Positions 18,955 to 27,957 of a stretch of 33,041 nucleotides of DNA are shown in pieces. Each line of letters starts with the position of its first letter. Position 1 is the stretch's first letter. Source of the DNA: Spirochaetae bacterium HGW-Spirochaetae-7 (GTDB lineage Bacteria; Spirochaetota; Spirochaetia; Treponematales; UBA12059); NCBI GenBank assembly GCA_002839245.1, contig PGXR01000002.1:1-33041 (forward strand), read 5' to 3'. The position numbers were made by a program, and so were the translations under genes. The notes beneath the pieces are model-generated. The model was not told the origin of the DNA and did not search any database. It saw only the letters and a list, made by a program, of their open reading frames with translations.

Positions 18955-19776
18955 ATGGATATCGAGGATACGAAGGCAAGTCCGCTTCATTGGATAGTCT
19001 ACATCGGCGTGATAGTCTCGGTCCTGGGGCCGTTGATACCGCAATTCATCTGGCCATTCGCCAAGAGCTGGTTCTTTCCCGACCTTCTGCCATCGGTCTG
19101 GAGTGTGCGGGCCTGGGAGTATATCGCCAATCCCAACAGCCAGGTCCTTGAGGCCGTATGGAACAGCCTCGTGATAGCGGTGCTAGTCACGTGCATCTCG
19201 GTACTGCTCGGCGTACCCGCGGGAAAAGCCCTGGGGATGTACCGTTTCAGAGGGAAGGGCCTGGTCGAGCTATTCATACTGGCTCCGTCCATCATCCCTG
19301 GCCTGGCGGTGACGATGGGTATCCATGTCGTCTTCATACGGCTCGGACTGTCGGATACCCTACTGGGAGTCGTGCTCGTGCATCTCATACCTACCATCCC
19401 GTACATGACGATCAGCATGAGCGGCATCTTCGCGAATTACGACCCGGATTTCGAGGAACAGGCCAGGAGCCTCGGGGCTTCGACCTTCAAGACCTTCTTC
19501 ATAATCACGCTACCGGCGATATTCCCCGGGATCGTAACCGGAGCGATGTTCGCGTTCCTCATTTCATGGGGCCAGTACCTGCTCACGGTATTGATCGGGG
19601 GCGGGCGCGTGATAACCCTGCCACTGCTGCTCTTTTCCTTCGCCGCCAGCAGGGACAACGCCTTCATGAGCGCGTTGAGCATCATCTTCCTGCTTCCCGC
19701 GATCATCATCCTCTTCTTCACGAGCAAATTCCTGTCCGGCAAATCCAGCAGCATGGGGGGCTTCGGTACCATATGA
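18955..19776 (+). CDS. ABC transporter permease
   Basis: 6 TM segments and an EAA loop FEEQARSLGAS. Confidence 0.92.
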   Translation: MDIEDTKASPLHWIVYIGVIVSVLGPLIPQFIWPFAKSWFFPDLLPSVWSVRAWEYIANPNSQVLEAVWNSLVIAVLVTCISVLLGVPAGKALGMYRFRGKGLVELFILAPSIIPGLAVTMGIHVVFIRLGLSDTLLGVVLVHLIPTIPYMTISMSGIFANYDPDFEEQARSLGASTFKTFFIITLPAIFPGIVTGAMFAFLISWGQYLLTVLIGGGRVITLPLLLFSFAASRDNAFMSALSIIFLLPAIIILFFTSKFLSGKSSSMGGFGTI

Positions 19777-20816
19777 CCTCGATAACGTTAAGGAAGCTCT
19801 GCAAGACCTACGAAGGCAGCAAGCACCCCGCCGTCGAGAACTTCGATCTCGAGATAGAACCCGGGGAACTGGTGGCCTTTCTCGGGCCGTCGGGCTGCGG
19901 CAAGACCACGACACTCAAAATGATAGCCGGACTCCATTCGGTGACCAGGGGCGACGTCCTGTTCAACGGCGTACGCGTGAACGACATCAAGCCGGAGAGG
20001 CGCGAGGTCGTGATGGTCTACCAGAATTACCTCCTGTTCCCTTATATGAACGTCGCGGAGAACGTCGGTTTCGGACTGCGGATGCGGAAGACCCCGAAAG
20101 ATGAAACCGACCGACGGGTCGCCGAGATCCTGAAGCTGGTACAGCTCGAAGGCTACGGGCATCGTAGCTCCGCGCAGCTTTCCGGCGGGCAGAAACAGCG
20201 GGTGGCCCTGGCCCGTGCACTGGTGATACGCCCGAAAATCCTCCTCCTAGACGAGCCTCTGGCAAACCTCGACGCACACCTGCGCGATGAGATGCGCGAC
20301 CTGATCCTCGACATACACAAGAAATTCGAGGTGACCACGGTCTTCGTCACCCACGACCAGGAGGAGGCTGTTCTCCTCGCCGACCGCATCGCTCTGATCT
20401 TCGACGGCAAACTCGTCCAGTACAGCCACTCGAAGGATTTCTACGAGAAGCCGGCCAGCGAGAGGATTTCCAGGTTTTTCGGCAACGGCAACATCATCGA
20501 GGGTACGAAGGCGGGAACCACGGTCACGACTGGTTCCGGCGCCTTCCAGGTAAGGCCCGGCCTTCCCGCCGCCGACGGCCCCGTGCAGCTGGTGATCAGG
20601 CCGGAGTCGATCAGGTTGTCGCGCGAGGAATCCAACAGCTTCAAGGCGTTGATACTGAAGAAGATATACATGGGAACCTATACCCGATATTGTTTCGAAG
20701 CGGATGGACATATATGGGATACGACCACGGAGTCGAACGAGATACCGGGCTACGAAGCCGGAGATTCCGCGTGGTTCACGCTGCCGCAGGACAAGATATG
20801 GCTGATAGAACGCTAG
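19773..20816 (+). CDS. ABC transporter ATP-binding protein (PotA-like, TOBE domain)
   Basis: GPSGCGKTT, LSGGQKQRVALA, LLLDEP and VTHDQEEA motifs. ATGA overlap with the permease stop. Confidence 0.95.
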   Translation: MTSITLRKLCKTYEGSKHPAVENFDLEIEPGELVAFLGPSGCGKTTTLKMIAGLHSVTRGDVLFNGVRVNDIKPERREVVMVYQNYLLFPYMNVAENVGFGLRMRKTPKDETDRRVAEILKLVQLEGYGHRSSAQLSGGQKQRVALARALVIRPKILLLDEPLANLDAHLRDEMRDLILDIHKKFEVTTVFVTHDQEEAVLLADRIALIFDGKLVQYSHSKDFYEKPASERISRFFGNGNIIEGTKAGTTVTTGSGAFQVRPGLPAADGPVQLVIRPESIRLSREESNSFKALILKKIYMGTYTRYCFEADGHIWDTTTESNEIPGYEAGDSAWFTLPQDKIWLIER

Positions 20817-22237
20817 GTCCGGCTTCCGCCGGCCCGCTTACTATCGGCCTCGCGGGATTGCATTTTCCCGTGATGGGAGCAAGGGAACATGGCATCTTCG
20901 AGACGGCCGTCGCCCTCGTCGAACGGACCGGGCAAGCGGAACGCTGCGGGGTGGTTTCGTGGCCGGAGCTGCTGTCTACGACCGAAGACGCGGTAAAGGC
21001 GGCGCGCTACTTCGGGGAGCAGGGCATCGACTTCCTCCTGGTCCAGGCCTCGTCGCTGGCGATGGGCGACACGATCGCCCCCCTCGTGGAAAACTTCGAC
21101 AGGCTTGGCGTTTGGGTAGTCGACGAGCCGACGTACGACGGCGAACTGCCCCTGAACTCCCTGACCGGTTACAACCTCTGCGTCTCGAAGATCCGCAACC
21201 TGTATGGGGAGCGGAAAAAGCTCAAGTGGTTCTGGGGCGCGGGAACCGATTTCGAGGCGCGGCTTGCCGCGACAATCCGGTCGCTGGCCGCGCTCAAGTC
21301 GCTGCGCGGGAGCAGGATAGCCTCCATCGGCGGCGTCGTCCCGACCTTCGACAACCTTGAATACCGGCGGGGTTCGTTCGAGAAATCGCTCGGGGTCCAG
21401 ATCGTCGAGGTGCCCCTCGGCAGACTGTTCGAAGCCGCTGAGAAGGCACCGCCTGCCGCGCTCGAGCCGATTCGCGCGACGCTCGTTTCCCAGGCACGAT
21501 GCATCCGGGTCGGAACCGACCTCGTCGACGATACCGCCAGGATATGCTATGGACTGCAATCCATTCGATACGAAGAAAACCTCGATGCCTGCGCCCTCCG
21601 CTGCTGGCCTGAATTCCAGGAGTGGAAGGGCATCGCGCCATGCGCCGCCGTCGCCTGGTCGAACGACCATTGCATGCCAGCGGCCTGCGAGGGCGATACG
21701 CCGGGCGCGGTGGCCATGTTGCTGGGGTCCATCCTCTCCGGCACGGCCGCGACCATGAACGATCCGGTAGCGCTCGACCGCAAGACGGCGACGGTCCAGA
21801 TGTGGCACTGCGGCCCGGGTCCGGCCTCGTGGGCCGATGCCGAAGGCCAATGCCTCGACTATCACCACACCCTCAACAGGAGGTCGGAACCCGGTTCGCC
21901 GCGCGCGGGCGTCTCCTCCGACATCCGTTTCGCGAACGGACCGGTAACCATGCTGAGAATTCGTGCGGGCGGCGACAGTCACTTCGTCCTCGAGGGAGAG
22001 GTCGTGTCGGGACCGTCCGCACCGTATCCCGGAAGCGGCGGGTGGATCGGCAATCTTCGGATGAGCGACAAGCCGGTGTCGCTTGAGGACCTGCTGCAGA
22101 TGATGGCCGAGTATGGACTGGAACACCACTACCCCGTCATGCGGGGGCATCACGGATCCGTACTTACCGAAATGGCGGCATGGGCCGGCTGGAAAATCCT
22201 GCCGCGCATCGATTCGACCGAACACGTGCTCGCATGA
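20798..22237 (+). CDS. L-fucose/L-arabinose isomerase family aldose-ketose isomerase
   Basis: LPLNSLTG, ALRCWPEFQ, ACEGD, MWHCG, GPVTMLR and EHHY motifs. Start approximate. Confidence 0.85.
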   Translation: MADRTLGPASAGPLTIGLAGLHFPVMGAREHGIFETAVALVERTGQAERCGVVSWPELLSTTEDAVKAARYFGEQGIDFLLVQASSLAMGDTIAPLVENFDRLGVWVVDEPTYDGELPLNSLTGYNLCVSKIRNLYGERKKLKWFWGAGTDFEARLAATIRSLAALKSLRGSRIASIGGVVPTFDNLEYRRGSFEKSLGVQIVEVPLGRLFEAAEKAPPAALEPIRATLVSQARCIRVGTDLVDDTARICYGLQSIRYEENLDACALRCWPEFQEWKGIAPCAAVAWSNDHCMPAACEGDTPGAVAMLLGSILSGTAATMNDPVALDRKTATVQMWHCGPGPASWADAEGQCLDYHHTLNRRSEPGSPRAGVSSDIRFANGPVTMLRIRAGGDSHFVLEGEVVSGPSAPYPGSGGWIGNLRMSDKPVSLEDLLQMMAEYGLEHHYPVMRGHHGSVLTEMAAWAGWKILPRIDSTEHVLA

Positions 22238-22250
22238 GAGAAGGAACGGT

Positions 22251-23942
22251 ATGGAAATGACCCATCGCGCATTGCATGACGGAATCCTCGGTTGCCTGCT
22301 GGGCTCGGCGACCGGGGACGCGATGGGAGGACCGGTCGAGGGCCTTCACTTCTCCGACATACAAGCGCGGCTCGGGGTCGTGGACCGCATGCTGCCTTAC
22401 CCCGAATCGATTCCGCCCTCCTTCCATGGCCCCTTCGGATCGCGGGCCGGAGACTATACCGACGACACCCGGCTGGCCAAGTTGATTTGCGCCGGCCTCA
22501 TCCCAAGCGGCGGATCACCCAGGGCAGGCGACATCAACAGTGCCATCTGCGGCGCCTATTTCAGGACAGGATCCGTGCTCGAGCGGGGCTTCCTGGAGGA
22601 ATACGCGCTCAAGGGCCTGTACGGCCACGGCAAGGAAGCCTTCGGGGGCAAGCCGACCAATGGCGCGATCATGGCGATAGCACCGGTCGGCGTCCTCTTC
22701 CCGGGCGATCCGGGCAGGACCTTCGATACGGCTTTCGATATCCTCCCGATGGCGACCGGATCGGCGCGAACGAGCGCGGCCATCGCGGCGGCCTGCATCA
22801 GCGTAGCGCTTGCCGGGAAGGGGACGGCACTCGACGTGGTGATGCGGGGCGTTGAAGCAGCCGAGGGCAGGATGCACCGGACCGAAGGACCGTACTGGCA
22901 CCACGGGAGGATGTATCCGCGAGTAGGCGCCTGGGTTTCCGACTTGGCCAGGAAGGCCGTCGCGATAGCAGCGGAATGCATGGATCCCCTGGACGATGCA
23001 TTCAGGAAACGCCTGCATGCCGAAGTGGGACAGCCGTTCTTCGCGGATGGGGATGAGACCCTCGCCATCGCCCTGGCTATGTTCGTTGCCGCGAAAGGCG
23101 ATTTCAGGGCCTCGGTCATCGGTGCCGTCAATTACGGCAAGGATTGCGACAGCTACGCGGCCGTCGCGGGCGCCCTTGCTGGCGCGTTCAACGGTCTTCA
23201 GGTGATTCCGCATGACTGGATCGCTTCGGTCGAGGCCTGCGAGTCCCGTCCGACCCTTCGTTACCTCGGCGAGGGGCTGTGTTCCATGATCGCCTCGCGG
23301 CTGAGGCGGGAACGGGACGCGGTGGCCATCATCGGCTTCCCGGATTCGCCCGCGCCGGGGAAAAGCGGGTTGCTTGAGGCCGTGCGATCGAAGGATCATG
23401 AATCCGTTGAAAGGCTCCTCGATGAGGGAGCCGACATGTACGAGACCGGCGAGCACGGCAGGAACAGCCTGCACGTCGCGTGCGCCGCAGGCTCCTTAGG
23501 GATCGCCAGGACACTCCTGCTGTACGGCGCCGATATCAACGCCAAGGACGACAACAGGACGACCGCCCTGCATTTCGCCGCCTGGGAAAACCACCTCCCG
23601 ATCGTCGACCTCCTCCTGGATTGGGGCATCTTCGCCGAGGAGACCGAAGGCGCCGGCTGGACGGCTCTCCATGACGCCGTACGGAAGGAATTCGCCGATA
23701 TTCCGCTGCGTATCCTGGCCAAGTCCCGAGGACTTGCCGGTGAGGCCGAGCTGGCCGCTAAACTGCAGTCGTTGCACGGCGAAGAGCGGTTCCTGGAATT
23801 GCTCCGCATCCTCGCCGAGTATCACATCGATCTGGGGGCCATCGGCATCTGTGGCCATGGACTGCTGCACGACGCGAAAAGCAGGGGCTATCCGCGAGCG
23901 ACAGAATATCTGCTCTCCAAGGGCGTTGCCGATGAAGAATAG
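22251..23942 (+). CDS. ADP-ribosylglycohydrolase family protein fused to C-terminal ankyrin repeats
   Basis: ARH motifs GDAMG, YTDDT, TNGAIM and DCDSYAAVAG. Ankyrin repeats GRNSLHVAC..G.....LL.YGADIN, TTALHFAA and GWTALHDAV. Confidence 0.88.
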   Translation: MEMTHRALHDGILGCLLGSATGDAMGGPVEGLHFSDIQARLGVVDRMLPYPESIPPSFHGPFGSRAGDYTDDTRLAKLICAGLIPSGGSPRAGDINSAICGAYFRTGSVLERGFLEEYALKGLYGHGKEAFGGKPTNGAIMAIAPVGVLFPGDPGRTFDTAFDILPMATGSARTSAAIAAACISVALAGKGTALDVVMRGVEAAEGRMHRTEGPYWHHGRMYPRVGAWVSDLARKAVAIAAECMDPLDDAFRKRLHAEVGQPFFADGDETLAIALAMFVAAKGDFRASVIGAVNYGKDCDSYAAVAGALAGAFNGLQVIPHDWIASVEACESRPTLRYLGEGLCSMIASRLRRERDAVAIIGFPDSPAPGKSGLLEAVRSKDHESVERLLDEGADMYETGEHGRNSLHVACAAGSLGIARTLLLYGADINAKDDNRTTALHFAAWENHLPIVDLLLDWGIFAEETEGAGWTALHDAVRKEFADIPLRILAKSRGLAGEAELAAKLQSLHGEERFLELLRILAEYHIDLGAIGICGHGLLHDAKSRGYPRATEYLLSKGVADEE

Positions 23943-24804
23943 ACGCAGGGTGATCGTGGATTGCGACAATACCTACGGCCTTCCCGGGCTTCCGATCGAT
24001 GATGGCCAGACAATCATGTACCTGGCAGGACGCGACGACATTGAAATTGTCGGCATCACCTGCACCCACGGGAATGGGCAGGTTTCAGAGGTATACGACG
24101 CGACTCGGTGGCTTCTCGGGGCACTCGGTCTAGGAGACATTCCCGTGCTTAAGGGGGCCTCGGGGCCGGGAGACTTCGAAACCGAAGCCGCGGACTGGCT
24201 TGCCCGGATAATCGATGCCGAGCCCGGCAACCTGGATCTCCTCGCGATCGGCACCATGACCAACCTGCTGGCCGCGCAGCGGAAGAATCCCTCGTGCCTC
24301 TCCATGCTGCGGAGCATCACGGCGATGGGTGGCTACCTGTACCCCCTTCCGGTCCGCGGCTGGAACAGGATAGGCGAGGTCAATCTGTCCCGCGATCCGG
24401 AGGCCACCGCGGCGCTCCTCCACGCAAGCTGCCCGGTGACCGTGATGAGCGCCCAGATCTGCTTGCAGGCGCCGTTCGGCATAGACGAGCTCGCCCCTAT
24501 AGCCGAAAGCGACAGGGCTTCGTATCAATATATGCTGAGCTACCTCCTGGGCATGATACGCCGGCACGGAGGCGCCCAGGAATACCTCTGGGACTTGCTG
24601 CCTGCGGTATACCTGTCACACCCCGAATTGTTCCATCGGAATGAGGTTCGCATATCCACCGATCCAGCCACCCTCTCGGGAGGCTACCTGCTGAAGAGCG
24701 AAACGGGAACCCGGATCAACCTGCCGGATTACATTGTCGACATCGACGCGCTGTACGCCTATCTCTACGCGGCCTGGAAACGGGCTCCTCTCAAACCAAT
24801 CTAA
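23932..24804 (+). CDS. Nucleoside hydrolase (IU-NH family), copy 2
   Basis: VIVDCDNTYG..PIDDG, LAIGTMTNL, AMGG, EVN and YLWDLLPAVYLSHPELF (identical to copy 1). Confidence 0.9.
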   Translation: MKNRRRVIVDCDNTYGLPGLPIDDGQTIMYLAGRDDIEIVGITCTHGNGQVSEVYDATRWLLGALGLGDIPVLKGASGPGDFETEAADWLARIIDAEPGNLDLLAIGTMTNLLAAQRKNPSCLSMLRSITAMGGYLYPLPVRGWNRIGEVNLSRDPEATAALLHASCPVTVMSAQICLQAPFGIDELAPIAESDRASYQYMLSYLLGMIRRHGGAQEYLWDLLPAVYLSHPELFHRNEVRISTDPATLSGGYLLKSETGTRINLPDYIVDIDALYAYLYAAWKRAPLKPI

Positions 24805-24810
24805 GGCGGC

Positions 24811-26040
24811 ATGAAGATGAAGCATGGATTGCCTTATGGGGACGGAGAAATCGAGGTCGAACTTCCGGATGACCGTCTGGATTGGATTGTCGCCGAGCGA
24901 GTCCCCGAACGCGACGAGCTGCCCATCGTTCTGGCCGCCATCGATGGCGCCGAACCCGGACTGCTGGAATTCCTCGGGCGGAGCGCCTCGGTGGCGGTCG
25001 TCGTCTCCGACCACACCCGCAACACCGGCAGCCGGACATACATGCCGATCCTCCTCGACCGGATCCGGATGCCGGGGCGCAGGATCACGGTCGTCGTGGC
25101 GCTGGGCCTGCACAGGCCGTCAACCGACTCGGAGATCGCCACGATACTCGGCTGTATTCCGGACAAGGACGTGGATATAATCAACCACGATCCCGACGGG
25201 AACCTCGAGGCATGCGGACAAGGCACCTTCTGCAAGGCGGTGGTAGAAGCGGACAAGGTGATACTCACCGGTTCGGTTTCCTTCCACCCCATGGCTGGAT
25301 ACTCAGGCGGATGGAAGAGTCTGCTGCCGGGAATCGCGTCCAGGGCCTGCGTGCTCGACAATCACCGGCTGTTCTTCTCCGGCGACAAGCGGCACCCGGG
25401 CGTCGGACCGGCCCGCGTCGAGCTCAATCCCGTGAGCATGGACATTCGGTCGCGAACGCGCGGCTTCGCCGGGAAGACCTGGTGCCTGAATGTCGTCCAG
25501 AGCGAATCCAAGGCGATAGTGTTCGCCACCGCGGGCGGCGTCGACGATGCGTGGACCGCCTGCTGTGGCTACCTCGAACGCATGAACTCTCCCTCCATCC
25601 GTCGCCTGTATCCGGTTGTCGTGGCGTCGTCGGGGGGGTATCCATCCGATTTCAGCTTTTATCAAAGTATGAAGACTCTGACGAACGCATCCCGCGCCTG
25701 CGTCAAGGGAGGGAGCATCTATCTGGCGATGGAGTGCCGGAACGGCTGGGAGCTCGACGAATCCGTGCTCTCGTGGAGCCGAGACAGTCTCGATACCATC
25801 GCGACTCGCCTGCGGAAGGAATTTTCGATGAGCGGGCTCGCGATGCACATGGCCCTGTCGGTCATAAGGGATCATTCGATCGCATGCCTCTCCTCCCTGC
25901 CGGAACAGGAAGTGTGCGGGATGGGTATGCGATACCTGGCCTCGGCGGCCGATCTCGGGAAGGCCGTGGCTGCCGAGGATGCCGATCGCATCGCCGTCAT
26001 TCCCGCGGCGGCGGCGACGCTTCCCGCGCTCCGTAGATGA
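24811..26040 (+). CDS. LarA-family nickel-pincer 2-hydroxyacid racemase/epimerase homolog
   Basis: VVSDHTR, ALGLHR, INHD, FHPMAGYSGGWKSLLPG, NH and GGYPSD..YQSMK motifs. Confidence 0.88.
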   Translation: MKMKHGLPYGDGEIEVELPDDRLDWIVAERVPERDELPIVLAAIDGAEPGLLEFLGRSASVAVVVSDHTRNTGSRTYMPILLDRIRMPGRRITVVVALGLHRPSTDSEIATILGCIPDKDVDIINHDPDGNLEACGQGTFCKAVVEADKVILTGSVSFHPMAGYSGGWKSLLPGIASRACVLDNHRLFFSGDKRHPGVGPARVELNPVSMDIRSRTRGFAGKTWCLNVVQSESKAIVFATAGGVDDAWTACCGYLERMNSPSIRRLYPVVVASSGGYPSDFSFYQSMKTLTNASRACVKGGSIYLAMECRNGWELDESVLSWSRDSLDTIATRLRKEFSMSGLAMHMALSVIRDHSIACLSSLPEQEVCGMGMRYLASAADLGKAVAAEDADRIAVIPAAAATLPALRR

Positions 26041-27071
26041 CGAGTGAAAGGAGCAACAAGGATATGGGCCATGGAGGCGATGGATTGCATGCGCGTGGAT
26101 TCTCGGTACTGGGAATGAGGATAAGGCTCGATTCCAACAATTACGAACTTCTTTCCGATGATGAATATTTCCAGGGGAAAGGAGCCCAGCTTCATTCCTT
26201 GCTGTCGAATTTCGGCAGGCTTGACGAGCTCCCGGACGAGGGGGAATTCGACCTGCGCGTGTCCCTCGTCGACGACCCACGATACCCGCCCATGCTGTAC
26301 CGTGAATGCACCGGCGCATACAGCATCACTGGATCCCTCGTGGATTGCGAACGCGCCGCGATTGACAAAAGGGCGAGCGTATTCGGCAACATGGGCCTCT
26401 TCTCGAAACTGCTGGTCAGGGAACTGGAATTCCGGGGCATCTATTCGATCCACTCGACCTCGTTCTACGAGCGCGCCCGGAACAGGCTGTACGTGGTGAT
26501 GGGCGGATCGGGCTCCGGCAAGAGCACGGTCCTCTTGAACGCGCTCTCGGTCGGGGGGATCGAAGTCTTCGGCACTGAACTCACGCACTTCTCGTTCGGG
26601 AATGGCGCGACGAGGATGCTCAAGGGGTCGCTGTGGCAGAATTGCAGGATGGGGAACCTTATGTTCGATTTTCCCTGGCTCATGGAACGCTTCGGCCTGA
26701 AGCCGCCCACAGGTGATCCGTGGCACAGCTATCGATCGATTCCGCTGCTCGAGCAGCAGGTTCCCGAGGAGCACCTCGACGACGCCTCGATCGTGCTCGT
26801 CATGCCACGGATCGAGGGAGAACGTCATACCTCGATCCGCCGCGGACTCCTGCCTGGCTCGTTGCGGTTCCCGCTGTTTCAGAACCTGTCGGACAAGGTG
26901 ACGCCACCCACGCTCCTGTGGGGCAAGCACTTCATTCCGTCCGTCGATACGCCCGACAGGCAGACGGCCAGGATGGAAGCCGCGACCAGGTTCATCGAGG
27001 AGGCCCCGATAGTCGAATGCTGGGACGTTCTGTCATCGCCCAATGATTGCCTGACCGGAATTTTCCCGTGA
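26037..27071 (+). CDS. Uncharacterised P-loop protein, HPr kinase/PEPCK-like fold (putative small-molecule kinase)
   Basis: IHS...LYVVMGGSGSGKST...VFGTE resembles the HprK-like H-x(n)-G-x-SG-x-GKS-x(n)-DD arrangement. ATGA-coupled to the larA homolog. Confidence 0.6.
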   Translation: MTSERSNKDMGHGGDGLHARGFSVLGMRIRLDSNNYELLSDDEYFQGKGAQLHSLLSNFGRLDELPDEGEFDLRVSLVDDPRYPPMLYRECTGAYSITGSLVDCERAAIDKRASVFGNMGLFSKLLVRELEFRGIYSIHSTSFYERARNRLYVVMGGSGSGKSTVLLNALSVGGIEVFGTELTHFSFGNGATRMLKGSLWQNCRMGNLMFDFPWLMERFGLKPPTGDPWHSYRSIPLLEQQVPEEHLDDASIVLVMPRIEGERHTSIRRGLLPGSLRFPLFQNLSDKVTPPTLLWGKHFIPSVDTPDRQTARMEAATRFIEEAPIVECWDVLSSPNDCLTGIFP

Positions 27072-27135
27072 GACCCTTGATGGACCTCGCGCCTGGAACC
27101 CTTGGACCATGTTCGATCATCGTAGGAGGAATTCA

Positions 27136-27957
27136 ATGAACGAGACAGTGAAGAAGGGAATGGACGGCGTGTATCCATTCCCCGTTTCCGGCAGGGCCGG
27201 CCAGCCCCGCTCCACGGGGCTGACCATGGTCATCGACATGGGCAGCGGCCTGGCCGCGACTCAGGACCTCTTGGACTATGCCGGCTATTGCATCGACATG
27301 TTCAAGCTATCATCCGGAACGATGGCCTTGTATCCCGACCCGATACTCCGGCGGAAGGTGGAGTTGATCCGGTCCCGGGGCATCGAGGTGGAGGCGGGCG
27401 GTTCGCATTTCGAGGTCGCGAACTGGAAAGGCGCGAGCACGAAGTATTTCAGGAAGCTGGTCGAACTCGGCGTGGATGTCGTGGAGATCGCCGACGGTCA
27501 TTTGCCCCTCGCGGACAGCGTCCGTATCGACCGGATCAAGGAAGCGAAGGACCTGGGCCTGAAGGTGGCAACCGAGGTAGGCAAGAAGGAACCGTCGAAG
27601 AACCTAAAGGCACAGACCATCCTGGAACAGTACCGCGAGAACATCGACGCCGGCAGCGATTACATCATCATCGAAGGCAAGGCTTCCGGCATGGACGTCG
27701 GAATATTCGATGAAAAGGGCAACATCGACGAATCGGAGCTGGCCGAGATAACCTGTGGAATTTCCGATATGGGCAGGGTGATATGGGAAGCGCCGCTACG
27801 GCCCCAGCAGCAGGCGCTGATCCTGCGATTCGGCCCCAATGTGAACCTCGGGAACATTTTTCCACAGGAGGTCTACCCCCTCGAACTGCTTCGCAACGGG
27901 CTCATGCTGTCACCGCTCATCGAAGCGTACAAGCGCGAACGGGGGGAGTCAAAATGA
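27136..27957 (+). CDS. comA: Phosphosulfolactate synthase (ComA/HSA32) family protein, divergent
   Basis: PR.TGLTMVID.G, ID..K...GT, VVEIADG, TEVGKK, IIIEG, IWEAP...QQ and FGPNVNLGNI...LE.LR.GL motifs. AGGAGG RBS. Confidence 0.88.
   Translation: MNETVKKGMDGVYPFPVSGRAGQPRSTGLTMVIDMGSGLAATQDLLDYAGYCIDMFKLSSGTMALYPDPILRRKVELIRSRGIEVEAGGSHFEVANWKGASTKYFRKLVELGVDVVEIADGHLPLADSVRIDRIKEAKDLGLKVATEVGKKEPSKNLKAQTILEQYRENIDAGSDYIIIEGKASGMDVGIFDEKGNIDESELAEITCGISDMGRVIWEAPLRPQQQALILRFGPNVNLGNIFPQEVYPLELLRNGLMLSPLIEAYKRERGESK

Noticed and set aside
19158-19772. N-terminal extensions in the ORF track (also 20690, 22113, 23671, 27783, 31355, 10809, 5514)
   Set aside because: They overlap neighbouring genes; downstream ATGs with RBS or stop/start coupling fit family lengths better.
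20813-22225. 470-aa - strand ORF
   Set aside because: Antisense to the isomerase gene, with no motifs or RBS.
24882-26930. Long alternative-frame ORFs (24882-26036 +, 25303-26319 -, 25872-26930 -)
   Set aside because: Arg/Pro/Gly-rich shadows of the larA homolog and P-loop genes.
27136-27957. Coenzyme M biosynthesis
   Set aside because: No comB/C/D/E or xcb partners are in the window, and the context is an importer plus catabolic enzymes.
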